From assembly GCA_016217965.1 (NCBI GenBank), contig JACRFI010000015.1, positions 16,366 through 80,365 on the forward strand: 64,000 bases of DNA, read 5' to 3'. The notes below the pieces were generated by a model. It was given only the letters and a program-made list of their open reading frames with translations, was not told the DNA's origin and made no database searches. The stretch comes from Candidatus Kaiserbacteria bacterium. GTDB lineage: Bacteria > Patescibacteriota > Minisyncoccia > Phycocordibacterales > UBA2100. A program made the position numbers and the translations under genes. Below, piece by piece: positions 1-8,805 of the stretch (the stretch's first letter is position 1; each line of letters begins with the position of its first letter).

Positions 1-33
1 TTCAGGCTATCGCGTTCGAAAATAGGATTATTT

Positions 34-744
34 TTGGACTGCCCTCGCTGTTTCTACATCGATAACAAGCTCGGCACTGCGCGCCCGCCTGGATTTCCCT
101 TTAACCTCAATAGCGCAGTTGATGCACTCCTCAAAAAGGAGTTCGACATCCATCGCAGTGGAAAGACAACGCACCCTTTGATGAAAGAATATGGCGTTGA
201 TGCGGTTCCGTTCGACGATCCGCGCATGGATGAGTGGCGTGATTCTTTGAAACGGGGAATTTGCCACAAGCATTCGACCGGATTTATGGTCTGTGGAGGC
301 GTGGACGATGTGTGGGAAAATCCGAAAGGCGAATTGATCATCGTGGACTACAAAGCGACGAGCAAAGACGAGACCATTACAGTATTAGACCAAGAGTGGC
401 ACGATGGCTACAAACGGCAGATGGAAATATACCAATGGCTGTTCCGCCAGAATGGGTTCAAGGTGTCGGATACTGGTTACTTTGTGTACGCGAATGCAGA
501 CAAAGATAAAAAAGCGTTTGACGGGCAACTTGAATTTGAAGTGACATTGGTGCCCTATACGGGGAATGATTCGTGGATTGAAGGCACACTGAAGGAGATC
601 AAGCGGTGTCTTGATAGCGGCGAGTTGCCTGGCGCTGCAGACGACTGTGACTATTGCCGGTATCGGGAAGCTGTCGGAAAGAAAATGCTTGCATTCGCAC
701 CGAAAAAAACGGGAGCAAAGGCGCAAGGATCTCTCGGCTTGTAG
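34..744 (+). CDS. PD-(D/E)XK nuclease with Cys cluster (Cas4/RecB-like); N-terminus may lie upstream of the window
   Basis: IVDYKAT core motif; N-terminal CPRC plus C-terminal C...CDYC, four Cys as in Cas4/AddB Fe-S nucleases; frame is open back to window start. Confidence 0.5.
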   Translation: MDCPRCFYIDNKLGTARPPGFPFNLNSAVDALLKKEFDIHRSGKTTHPLMKEYGVDAVPFDDPRMDEWRDSLKRGICHKHSTGFMVCGGVDDVWENPKGELIIVDYKATSKDETITVLDQEWHDGYKRQMEIYQWLFRQNGFKVSDTGYFVYANADKDKKAFDGQLEFEVTLVPYTGNDSWIEGTLKEIKRCLDSGELPGAADDCDYCRYREAVGKKMLAFAPKKTGAKAQGSLGL

Positions 745-877
745 CCGAATAACCAAATTCCAAGAGACAATAACCAAACAAGTTTCAATAACCAACTTTG
801 AAGTTTGTGATTTGAATATTGTCTGGAGCTTGTGTCTTGGTTATTGGTTATTATTACTGTCATTATGTTACACTCGA
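745..877. repeat. 'AATAACCAA x3 ... TTGGTTATT x2' hairpin element upstream of the MGMT gene
   Basis: Three direct AATAACCAA (747, 768, 786) and two inverted TTGGTTATT (837, 844); shares 15-mer ACAATAACCAAACAA with 29752..29836. Confidence 0.6.
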
Positions 878-1138
878 ATGATGAAATCATTTCGCGATAA
901 GGTTCTCGCTATTGTCAAACGCATCCCCAAAGGCGGTTCAATGACGTACAAACAGGTCGCGACGAAGGCGGGGAATCCTAGAGCGGCTAGAGCAGTAGGC
1001 GCAATCATGCGTACGAATTACGACCCGTCGATACCGTGCCACCGCGTTGTTCGAACCGATGGGCAGATTGGGAATTACAATCGCGGAGGAACCGCGCGAA
1101 AAATTGAACTTCTGCGTGACGAAGGTGCAATACGGTGA
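878..1138 (+). CDS. ogt: methylated-DNA--protein-cysteine methyltransferase, DNA-binding/active-site domain only (86 aa)
   Basis: PCHRVV active-site motif and surrounding MGMT C-domain; likely start is the ATG at 878 inside the longer ORF 611..1138. Confidence 0.7.
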   Translation: MMKSFRDKVLAIVKRIPKGGSMTYKQVATKAGNPRAARAVGAIMRTNYDPSIPCHRVVRTDGQIGNYNRGGTARKIELLRDEGAIR

Positions 1139-1268
1139 ACATGGCGAAACTCTTTCTCGACAGACATTTTGTCAACCACGAAAAATTTCTGCTAAAATTT
1201 TTTTCTGTCCGTCGCCGCCGCTCCTCCCAAGGGTTTCCTGAACGCCTGCCTTCGACGAGTTTCTTCCT

Positions 1269-2315
1269 ATGAGACGTACGACGCTTCCCGGAACGGACGT
1301 GAATATCTCTACACTTTGCCTAGGCACGATGAATTTTGGGCAGCAATGCACCGAGGCTGACGGACATGAGCAGTTGGATTTTGCTGTCGCAAACGGCATC
1401 AATTTTTTTGATACGGCGGAGATGTATCCAGTGCCGCCCGAAAAAGAAAAGCAAGGGCAGACGGAAACGTATATTGGGAACTGGTTAAAAAAGCGAGGCA
1501 AACGTGATGATCTCGTTATTGCAACTAAAGTGTCGAGCCGAAACCAAGCAACAACGATGGGTACGCGAGATGCGACCAAAGGACTCACTCGTGAATCAAT
1601 CTTTGAAGCCATCGAAGGAAGCCTGGGCCGGTTGCAAACTGAGTACGTAGATCTGTACCAGGTTCATACCCCAGAGAGGCACACGAATTTCTTTGGGCGG
1701 CGCGGTGTTGAATCGCTCGACAGTGATGATGGCGTACCCATTGAAGAAACACTTTCGGCTCTTGGAGAGTTGGTGAAAGCGGGCAAAGTTCGATATGTGG
1801 GGGTGTCGAACGAAACGCCCTGGGGCGTCATGGAATATCTACGCCTTTCTCGCGAGGAAGGCCTGCCCCGCATTGTGACGATACAGAACCAGTACGGTAT
1901 CTTGAGCCGCGGATTTGAAGTGGGGCTTTCTGAAATGTGCATGCGCGAGAACGTGGGATTGTTACCGTATTCAATACTGAACAGGGGAGTGATATCAGGG
2001 AAATATCTAGGAGGAGCGCAGCCGCCGGGTGCTCGGTTCACGCGCTGGGAGAGGGACCGAGAAAGATATAATCCTTCGCGTGTGCAAGAGCCGGTGCGCA
2101 GATACATTGAGCTCGCACAGAAATTTGGCATGGATCCCACACAAATGGCTATCGCGTTCGTTTCGTCACGCCCATTCGCTCCGTCCACAATCATTGCTGT
2201 GACAAATATGGAGCAACTAAAATCTAACATCGCCGCCGATGATATTCAACTCTCCGCTGAAATTCTCGCGGAGATACACAAACTCTACACAGAAATGCCT
2301 GATCCTACGTGTTAA
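1269..2315 (+). CDS. tas: aldo/keto reductase (Tas-like NADP-dependent oxidoreductase)
   Basis: N-terminal LGTMNFG...FFDTAEMY and overall AKR family pattern, 348 aa. Confidence 0.8.
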   Translation: MRRTTLPGTDVNISTLCLGTMNFGQQCTEADGHEQLDFAVANGINFFDTAEMYPVPPEKEKQGQTETYIGNWLKKRGKRDDLVIATKVSSRNQATTMGTRDATKGLTRESIFEAIEGSLGRLQTEYVDLYQVHTPERHTNFFGRRGVESLDSDDGVPIEETLSALGELVKAGKVRYVGVSNETPWGVMEYLRLSREEGLPRIVTIQNQYGILSRGFEVGLSEMCMRENVGLLPYSILNRGVISGKYLGGAQPPGARFTRWERDRERYNPSRVQEPVRRYIELAQKFGMDPTQMAIAFVSSRPFAPSTIIAVTNMEQLKSNIAADDIQLSAEILAEIHKLYTEMPDPTC

Positions 2316-2320
2316 CAATT

Positions 2321-2632
2321 ATGGTGAAAGAAGGATTTGAACAAGCGACCTTTGAAACAGCACAGCTCGCGTTTATGAAATCTTTTGAGTTGCTTGAGGA
2401 AATGCATTCGGAAAAAAGGCCATTTTCCGGGCCAGAAACGACGAAGCAAGGCGTAATTGAATTACACCTTCCAACATTGAAAGCGTGCTGGAATGCTCTT
2501 GTTCTAATGCGAATGCTGGCAAAAAACGACGCACAAAGAGGTGACGCTGAAAGGCATCACAAGATTTTTTGGCATTTTATGGATGAAAAGAAAATTTCCG
2601 GGCATTTGGTCGTCAATCCGCTGAAAGAGTAG
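2321..2632 (+). CDS. hypothetical protein
   Basis: ORF after the tas stop; no recognisable motif. Confidence 0.3.
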   Translation: MVKEGFEQATFETAQLAFMKSFELLEEMHSEKRPFSGPETTKQGVIELHLPTLKACWNALVLMRMLAKNDAQRGDAERHHKIFWHFMDEKKISGHLVVNPLKE

Positions 2633-2635
2633 CCT

Positions 2636-3226
2636 ATGTCGAAATACGACGAGATGAAAAAAATACGTGATGAGGTCATTGCGCTTGAGGAAGGCGAGCT
2701 GTCAAAATTCCGCAAAGAAAATAACTATCATGCAGTGTTAGGAGAGGGAAGCCACGACTCCAAAATAATGTTCATTGGAGAGGCCCCGGGGAAAAATGAA
2801 GCAATGACGGGCCGCCCTTTTTGTGGCGCAGCTGGGCGAATACTTGACGAGCTGTTAGCATCGGTGGAGATACCGCGGACCGAGGTGTATATAACAAACA
2901 TCGTGAAGGACCGACCTCCGGAAAATAGAGATCCGCTTCCAAGCGAGATAGAACTCTATGCACCATTTCTCGATCGGCAGATTGACGCGATTGAGCCGAA
3001 AGTCATTGCAACCCTCGGCCGTTTCTCGATGGAATACATCATGCGAAAAATGGGCCTTTCATTTGAGCTAGAACCGATTTCACGCGCGCATGGAAAAGTG
3101 TACGATGGAAAAGCAGGATTCGGCCCTGTCAAAGTTGTGCCGCTCTACCACCCAGCCGCAGCGATTTATAACCAATCGCTCAAAGATACACTCAAGAAAG
3201 ATTTTCAGACATTAAGAAACTTGTAA
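2636..3226 (+). CDS. uracil-DNA glycosylase, family 4
   Basis: GEAPGxxE...GRPFCGAAGRILDELL motifs typical of family-4 UDG. Confidence 0.8.
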   Translation: MSKYDEMKKIRDEVIALEEGELSKFRKENNYHAVLGEGSHDSKIMFIGEAPGKNEAMTGRPFCGAAGRILDELLASVEIPRTEVYITNIVKDRPPENRDPLPSEIELYAPFLDRQIDAIEPKVIATLGRFSMEYIMRKMGLSFELEPISRAHGKVYDGKAGFGPVKVVPLYHPAAAIYNQSLKDTLKKDFQTLRNL

Positions 3227-3233
3227 TCACACC

Positions 3234-3974
3234 ATGACCGAAAAGTTGAGACACGGCCCATTCCCGATACCCGATCAGGAGGAAGGATTTGCAGAGACTC
3301 CGGTGGGCAAAATGCAGTTTGAAGAGATTGTCGGAATGGACGAGCCTGCTGTAGATATGCGCTTGAGGCTCCACATGAAAGGAGAATCAATTTTCAAGGA
3401 CCGATCATTTATGAGCCACAATGACACTCGACGATTAGAGATAAAACGCATATTCTTGGCTGCCTTGGAAGGCTATGGCCCTGCCAATCCGGTTTTTTTA
3501 AATTGGTACGGGCGTATCAGGAAATCCAGGCATGCCGAATCCGGAGATGAACTTGAAAATGTTGCTAACTCACTCGCGGTCCTGGTAAGCCAACGAGCAT
3601 CAGATGCCTACAAGAAACGTGTCGTAGTGGTGAGGAAGGAAATCATTCCAGAAATGCAGCTTAGCCATCTCGACGGCGAAAGCAGTCGCACGTTGAATGA
3701 AATCAACGCGAAATTGCAGATGTTAAGAATGTCCCCATTGTCAGCTCGCGATATATTCAGAAGAACTCGCGTCAGAGGCCGATTCGATTCAGACGAATGG
3801 AACACCGCTCGAATGCTACACATGCTGCAATTATCTCTTACGCTATCTGTGGGTGAAGTCGCCGAACGCCTTCATACTACGAAAGGCATGGTTCATCTGG
3901 TGCGCAGGCGGTATTTTCGCCAGGAAATCGTAGACATGATTCATCGGCTTACCGGCCGCAAGGCATCTAAGTGA
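3234..3974 (+). CDS. hypothetical protein with C-terminal helix-turn-helix-like segment
   Basis: C-terminal LSVGEVAERLHTTKGMVHLVRRRY resembles sigma-70 region 4/LuxR-type HTH; otherwise unrecognised. Confidence 0.35.
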   Translation: MTEKLRHGPFPIPDQEEGFAETPVGKMQFEEIVGMDEPAVDMRLRLHMKGESIFKDRSFMSHNDTRRLEIKRIFLAALEGYGPANPVFLNWYGRIRKSRHAESGDELENVANSLAVLVSQRASDAYKKRVVVVRKEIIPEMQLSHLDGESSRTLNEINAKLQMLRMSPLSARDIFRRTRVRGRFDSDEWNTARMLHMLQLSLTLSVGEVAERLHTTKGMVHLVRRRYFRQEIVDMIHRLTGRKASK

Positions 3975-3984
3975 TCGTGGGAAT

Positions 3985-5259
3985 TTACCGGGATTTGAGT
4001 AGTCGCGACAATTTCTCGGAATCCTTTCGCGGGCCGATGATGGCGAGGTTTAGTGCATCGGTCCGGAATATATCTTTTGCGACACGCTGCACGTCAGCCG
4101 CTGATACGCTATCGATTCCTTTTATCATTTCATCGAGGGCTCGGATTCGGCCTAAGTTTATAAGAGATGTTGCCGCGTGTTCTGCCACAGCATCACTTGT
4201 TTCCAGGCGAAGTGCGGCAGTACCTTTCATATACTGCTTTGCTTTCTTTAATTCTGCATCGGATACCTTCACTCGCTTAATCTTCCGCAATTCGTTCAGA
4301 ATAGTCGTGATAGTCTTTTCCAATTTGGCGTGTTCAACGCCAGCTTGCACGGCAAAGTAACCGGTATCGGGGTAGCGCTCTGCCCATGCATGGACGGAAT
4401 AGGCGAGCCCTCGTTTCTCTCGCACTTCCATAAAAAGCCGGCTAGACATGCCTTCTCCCAGAATGGTAGTGAGGACCAGAAGTGCGTACTCATCCTGATG
4501 CAGGTAGGGATATGCAGGTACGCCGAGAATAAAATGCGTCTGGTCGGTCTTCTTTTCCTTGATTGCGACGCGTGGTGTGTCCTGCTCAGGTGTGAATGGG
4601 ATGAAATTTGGGGGATTGCCGTGTTTTAATTGTCCGAATTCTCGGGTTATCTTTGCGAGCACCTTTTCTTCCGAGAAATTACCCGCGACGCACACCACGG
4701 TGTTCACCGGAGTGTAATTTCTCTTGAAGTATGCAGCGAAATCTTTGCGGGAGAATGCCCGGATATTTTCTTTCGGCCCGAGGATAGTGCGCCCTAAGGG
4801 GTGACCAGTGCCGTATATGAGCGCATCAAAGACGTTATCAACGGTGCGCATCGGCATGTCTTCGTACATGTCGATCTCTTGGATGACCGCCCCGCGCTCT
4901 TTTGTAATTTCTTTTGTTGGCAGCGTTGAATTGAGAAATATGTCACTGATGACATCGAGTGCAGTGTCGAGGTATCGAGAAGAGACTTTCGCATAATATG
5001 CTGTGCGCTCCTTTGCCGTGAATGCGTTGTACACGCTACCCGTTGCATCCAATTCTTCACTGATGGCGCGAGCGCTGGGGCGCTTTTTTGTGCCCTTGAA
5101 GAACATATGCTCGAGGAAGTGGGCGAGACCGTTCTCCTTGTCATTTTCATACCGCGACCCTGTGCCGGTCATCGCGATTACGGTTGCAGTCTCGGTCCCA
5201 GGCATTGGTGCAAGCACAATCCGTAAGCCGTTCTTCAGGGTGCGGATGTTGTATTTCAT
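3985..5259 (-). CDS. M16 family zinc peptidase (pitrilysin/insulinase-like)
   Basis: HFLEH inverted zinc motif; ORF extends to 5325, internal start MKYNIRTLKNGLRIV preferred. Confidence 0.8.
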   Translation of the reverse strand: MKYNIRTLKNGLRIVLAPMPGTETATVIAMTGTGSRYENDKENGLAHFLEHMFFKGTKKRPSARAISEELDATGSVYNAFTAKERTAYYAKVSSRYLDTALDVISDIFLNSTLPTKEITKERGAVIQEIDMYEDMPMRTVDNVFDALIYGTGHPLGRTILGPKENIRAFSRKDFAAYFKRNYTPVNTVVCVAGNFSEEKVLAKITREFGQLKHGNPPNFIPFTPEQDTPRVAIKEKKTDQTHFILGVPAYPYLHQDEYALLVLTTILGEGMSSRLFMEVREKRGLAYSVHAWAERYPDTGYFAVQAGVEHAKLEKTITTILNELRKIKRVKVSDAELKKAKQYMKGTAALRLETSDAVAEHAATSLINLGRIRALDEMIKGIDSVSAADVQRVAKDIFRTDALNLAIIGPRKDSEKLSRLLKSR

Positions 5260-5318
5260 TGCGGCATAGTAGTCTCCTCTCGTTGCATAGTCAAAAAGGT
5301 GATAGCCTGGAGGTAGCA

Positions 5319-5474
5319 ATGACAAGTGCGGTCTTGTGGATCGCGGTCGAACCTTCCGCTATCTTTTGGACGGCTCTGTTCGTGCTTGGCACGGGCTCCG
5401 CTATCTGGAAGTGGTGGAAGGATCGGCAAAAACGGTCGCAAGACCGGACGGTCCACCATCCCTCGAGCCAATGA
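5319..5474 (+). CDS. possible small membrane protein (51 aa)
   Basis: ATG preceded by GGAGG at 6-nt spacing (rare in this window); one hydrophobic helix followed by a basic tail; no homology evidence. Confidence 0.25.
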   Translation: MTSAVLWIAVEPSAIFWTALFVLGTGSAIWKWWKDRQKRSQDRTVHHPSSQ

Positions 5475-5543
5475 GCGTTATGCTGTTGGGACGAGGGATG
5501 AGCTATTTGCAGACTGTACGGAGAGACGCTATTCTTCAAATCC

Positions 5544-7457
5544 ATGACCCTTAACGAGATCCGCTCGAAATATCTCGCTTTTTTTAAGGCCCAGGGCCAC
5601 ACAATTATTCCCTCAGCTCCTGTCGTTCCTGAGAACGATCCGACGACACTATTTACCGGCAGCGGCATGCAGCCATTGGTGCCGTATCTGCTAGGGAAAG
5701 ATCATCCGTCCGGAAAGCGGCTTGTGAATTCCCAAAAAAGTTTCCGCGCGATGGATATCGAAGAAGTGGGAGACAACAGGCATACGACATTTTTTGAAAT
5801 GCTCGGGAATTGGTCTTTGGGTGATTATTTCAAGAGAGAGCAATTACCGTGGTTCTTCGAATTTCTCACAAAGGTGGTAGGGCTCGATCCTGCAAGATTG
5901 TATGTGACCGTCTTTCTCGGTGATGAGAAAAATAACGTGCCGCGCGATACAGACTCTGCTGAAATATGGAAAAACATATTCTCCAGCGTCGGCATAGATG
6001 CAAAAGACGTATTAATTGGCTCAGAAGAGGAGGGATACAAGAAGGGAATGCAAGGCGGGCGCATCTTTTTCTACGATGCGAAGAAAAATTGGTGGAGCCG
6101 TGCCGGAGTTCCGGAAAATATGCCGGCAGGGGAGCCGGGTGGACCTGATTCTGAGGTGTTTTACGACTTCGGGACGCCTCACGATGAGAAGTTCGGAAAC
6201 AACTGCCACCCAAATTGCGATTGCGGCAGATTCCTCGAGATAGGAAATTCTGTCTTCATGCAGTACATAAAGAAGGATGACGGCTCCTTCGGGCTCTTAC
6301 CAAAACAAAATGTTGATTTTGGAGGCGGACTTGAGCGCATCTCGGCTGCATCAATAGGGAACTCGGACGTTTTCAGAACGGATGTATTCGAGGAGGCAAT
6401 ACTGCTTCTTGAAAAATTCTCAGAAAAAACGTATGGCGATGCGAAATTCACGCGTTCATTCAGGATAATTCTGGACCACATTCGGGCAGCAACGTTTATG
6501 ATCGCGGACGGAGTGCGGCCGTCGAACACCGAGAGAGGGTATGTACTTCGCCGGCTTATTCGGCGCGCCGTACAGCATGCGAACAAGCTGGGGGTGGCGG
6601 AAGATCCGACGGACGATACGATACTAGTACGGTGTGCGACGCTTTTTACGGAAGAATACGGAGATGCCTATCCGGAGTTGAACGACGAGGTGGTGTGGAG
6701 TGCCATCAAAGAAGAGATAGCAAAAGAAGAAAAACAATTCCAACAAACACTCCAGAAAGGCCTTCGTGAATTTGAGAAAATGATCTCCGGAGATATCACG
6801 GGAGAGCAGGCCTATCTTCTTTTTACATCGTATGGGTTTCCATTCGAAATGACGATGGAACTCGCGAAAGAAAGGAACGTCTCGATTGATGAAGCCGGTT
6901 TCAGGGAGTACATGAAAAGACATCAGGAGCTTTCTCGCGCAGGCGCCGAGCAGAAATTCAAAGGCGGGTTAGCGGATCATTCGGAAAAAACGACGCGGCT
7001 TCATACCGCGCACCACCTTCTTCTCAAAGCATTGCAACTTGTTCTAGGCGTCCATGTAAAGCAGCGTGGTTCGAACATAACACAAGAGCGATTGCGCATA
7101 GATTTCTCGCATGGAGAGAAGATGACCAAGGAGCAGATTGCAGAAGTGGAGAGGATAGTTAACAAGAAAATACACGAAGAGCTTCCAGTGACTCGCAGCA
7201 TACTCCCCAAAGAAAAAGCGGAAAGCTTGGGTGCGGAGCATGAGTTCGGCGCGAAATATCCTGACATGGTCTCGGTATATTCCGTCGGTCCCGCCGACGC
7301 TTCTGAATCGGATCCGCAATTTGATAAAGCGTTTTCGATAGAATTTTGTGGTGGACCACATGTTGAGAACACGAGCGAACTCGCGGGGACATTCAAGATA
7401 CAGAAGGAAGAAGCTGTCGCCTCCGGCATCCGCCGCATCAAAGCTATCCTTCAGTAG
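5544..7457 (+). CDS. alaS: alanine--tRNA ligase, short form lacking C-Ala domain
   Basis: N-terminal AlaRS catalytic motifs (FTGSGMQP, FFEMLGNWS), editing-domain HxxxH (HTAHHLL) and CGGPH; 637 aa only. Confidence 0.85.
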   Translation: MTLNEIRSKYLAFFKAQGHTIIPSAPVVPENDPTTLFTGSGMQPLVPYLLGKDHPSGKRLVNSQKSFRAMDIEEVGDNRHTTFFEMLGNWSLGDYFKREQLPWFFEFLTKVVGLDPARLYVTVFLGDEKNNVPRDTDSAEIWKNIFSSVGIDAKDVLIGSEEEGYKKGMQGGRIFFYDAKKNWWSRAGVPENMPAGEPGGPDSEVFYDFGTPHDEKFGNNCHPNCDCGRFLEIGNSVFMQYIKKDDGSFGLLPKQNVDFGGGLERISAASIGNSDVFRTDVFEEAILLLEKFSEKTYGDAKFTRSFRIILDHIRAATFMIADGVRPSNTERGYVLRRLIRRAVQHANKLGVAEDPTDDTILVRCATLFTEEYGDAYPELNDEVVWSAIKEEIAKEEKQFQQTLQKGLREFEKMISGDITGEQAYLLFTSYGFPFEMTMELAKERNVSIDEAGFREYMKRHQELSRAGAEQKFKGGLADHSEKTTRLHTAHHLLLKALQLVLGVHVKQRGSNITQERLRIDFSHGEKMTKEQIAEVERIVNKKIHEELPVTRSILPKEKAESLGAEHEFGAKYPDMVSVYSVGPADASESDPQFDKAFSIEFCGGPHVENTSELAGTFKIQKEEAVASGIRRIKAILQ

Positions 7458-7482
7458 CCACGAATTCGCGAGCCGCGAAGGC

Positions 7483-7569
7483 TTAAGTATTTTGCCGTCT
7501 TCGCAGGCCTGACGAGGCCGAGACCGAGCGCTGGCGCAGCAGCGCCAGATAGCGACGGCAAAATACTTA
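7483..7569. repeat. ~87-bp palindromic element with 16-bp perfect terminal inverted repeats (copy A)
   Basis: TAAGTATTTTGCCGTC...GACGGCAAAATACTTA termini plus internal palindrome CTGGCGCAGCAGCGCCAG; near-identical inverted copy at 37424..37508. Confidence 0.8.
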
Positions 7570-7612
7570 TGCCGAGAAAAGGCTTGCGAATTTATGCGCT
7601 ATACTACCCACA

Positions 7613-8785
7613 ATGCTGTCGTTCTTTGGGCGAAGCACAAAAGGGAAGCCAGTGGTTATAGCAGATGTCGAGGGCAGCTCGGCAGCTGTTGCTGTTGCGC
7701 TTCTACACGGCGACAAACAGGTGGAGATACTGGTGAGTGAACGGCAGGCAATTCCTAATTCTGGCTCCGACCCTTCTACGGTTTCGGCCTCTATCCCAAC
7801 AGTACTGAAAGAAGTATCCGAGCGGGTCCTTAAAAAATACACTGAGCAAGATGGGATAAAAAAATACGGCGCTCCCAAAGCGGTGCACGCAACACTTGGT
7901 TCTCCATGGGCGCACGCAAGGACGGCGCGGGCAGAAACGTCTTTTCCGGAGGCGCGAAGTATCAGCAAGCAGGCCATCCAAGCCTTGGCTCAAGAAGCGA
8001 TAAAACAGCCCTCCGACCTGCAACAACCGATCCTTGAAACGAACGTCATGCGCGTGCACATCAATGGCTACCCAACAGCAAAACCAGTGGGAAAAAAAGG
8101 AAAAGAACTTGCTGCCACTATTTTCCAAAGCGACGCGGCACAGCAGCCAAAGCAAGCAATTGAATCCGCACTGTCTGCGCAATTTCCGGGAAGGGCCATA
8201 GATGTCCGATCTGGGGTGCGCGCGCTCATGAGTGTCATCAACGAGCGTGCGCACGAGCATAATTATTTTGTTTTGCTCGTTGGGAGTGAATCGACTGAGT
8301 GCATTGCTATCCGGAAGGAGGCAATCGCAGAACATGCGACAGTGCCAGAAGGAATGAATACCATTATCAGGCGCATAGCAGGAGAGAAAGGCCTGCCGGA
8401 AGAAAAGACAACTCTTCTTCGCATGCTGGCCTCTGACACGTGCTCTGCAGAAGAGTGCGAAGTCTTAAAGCAAGGGTTGGCTAAAGCGGAGCCCGACCTC
8501 ACAAAACTCTTCGGGGACGTGTTCGGAAAACTTGCTGCGTTGCGCCGCTTGCCTAACACATGCATTCTTTTTGCACACGCAGACCTCTCGCCGTGGCTTG
8601 AACATTTTTTTAACCGCCTTGATTTTTCTCAATTCACAGTAACGACGCAGCCTTTTGTCGTGCAACCCGTTACCCAGGAACATATGCAAAGTTTCGTTTC
8701 GTGGCAGGCCGGCGTGCGGCAGGATACGGGAATAGGCATCGCTGCGGCATTCGCAAGCCTTGGTATGAAAGGTGATGATTCGTGA
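7613..8785 (+). CDS. hypothetical protein, possibly actin-like (ASKHA) ATPase
   Basis: Weak phosphate-1/2-like segments (VVIADVEGSS, VLLVGSESTECI); 390 aa. Confidence 0.35.
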   Translation: MLSFFGRSTKGKPVVIADVEGSSAAVAVALLHGDKQVEILVSERQAIPNSGSDPSTVSASIPTVLKEVSERVLKKYTEQDGIKKYGAPKAVHATLGSPWAHARTARAETSFPEARSISKQAIQALAQEAIKQPSDLQQPILETNVMRVHINGYPTAKPVGKKGKELAATIFQSDAAQQPKQAIESALSAQFPGRAIDVRSGVRALMSVINERAHEHNYFVLLVGSESTECIAIRKEAIAEHATVPEGMNTIIRRIAGEKGLPEEKTTLLRMLASDTCSAEECEVLKQGLAKAEPDLTKLFGDVFGKLAALRRLPNTCILFAHADLSPWLEHFFNRLDFSQFTVTTQPFVVQPVTQEHMQSFVSWQAGVRQDTGIGIAAAFASLGMKGDDS

Positions 8786-8805
8786 TATCAGGACCTGTGG
8801 AATAG

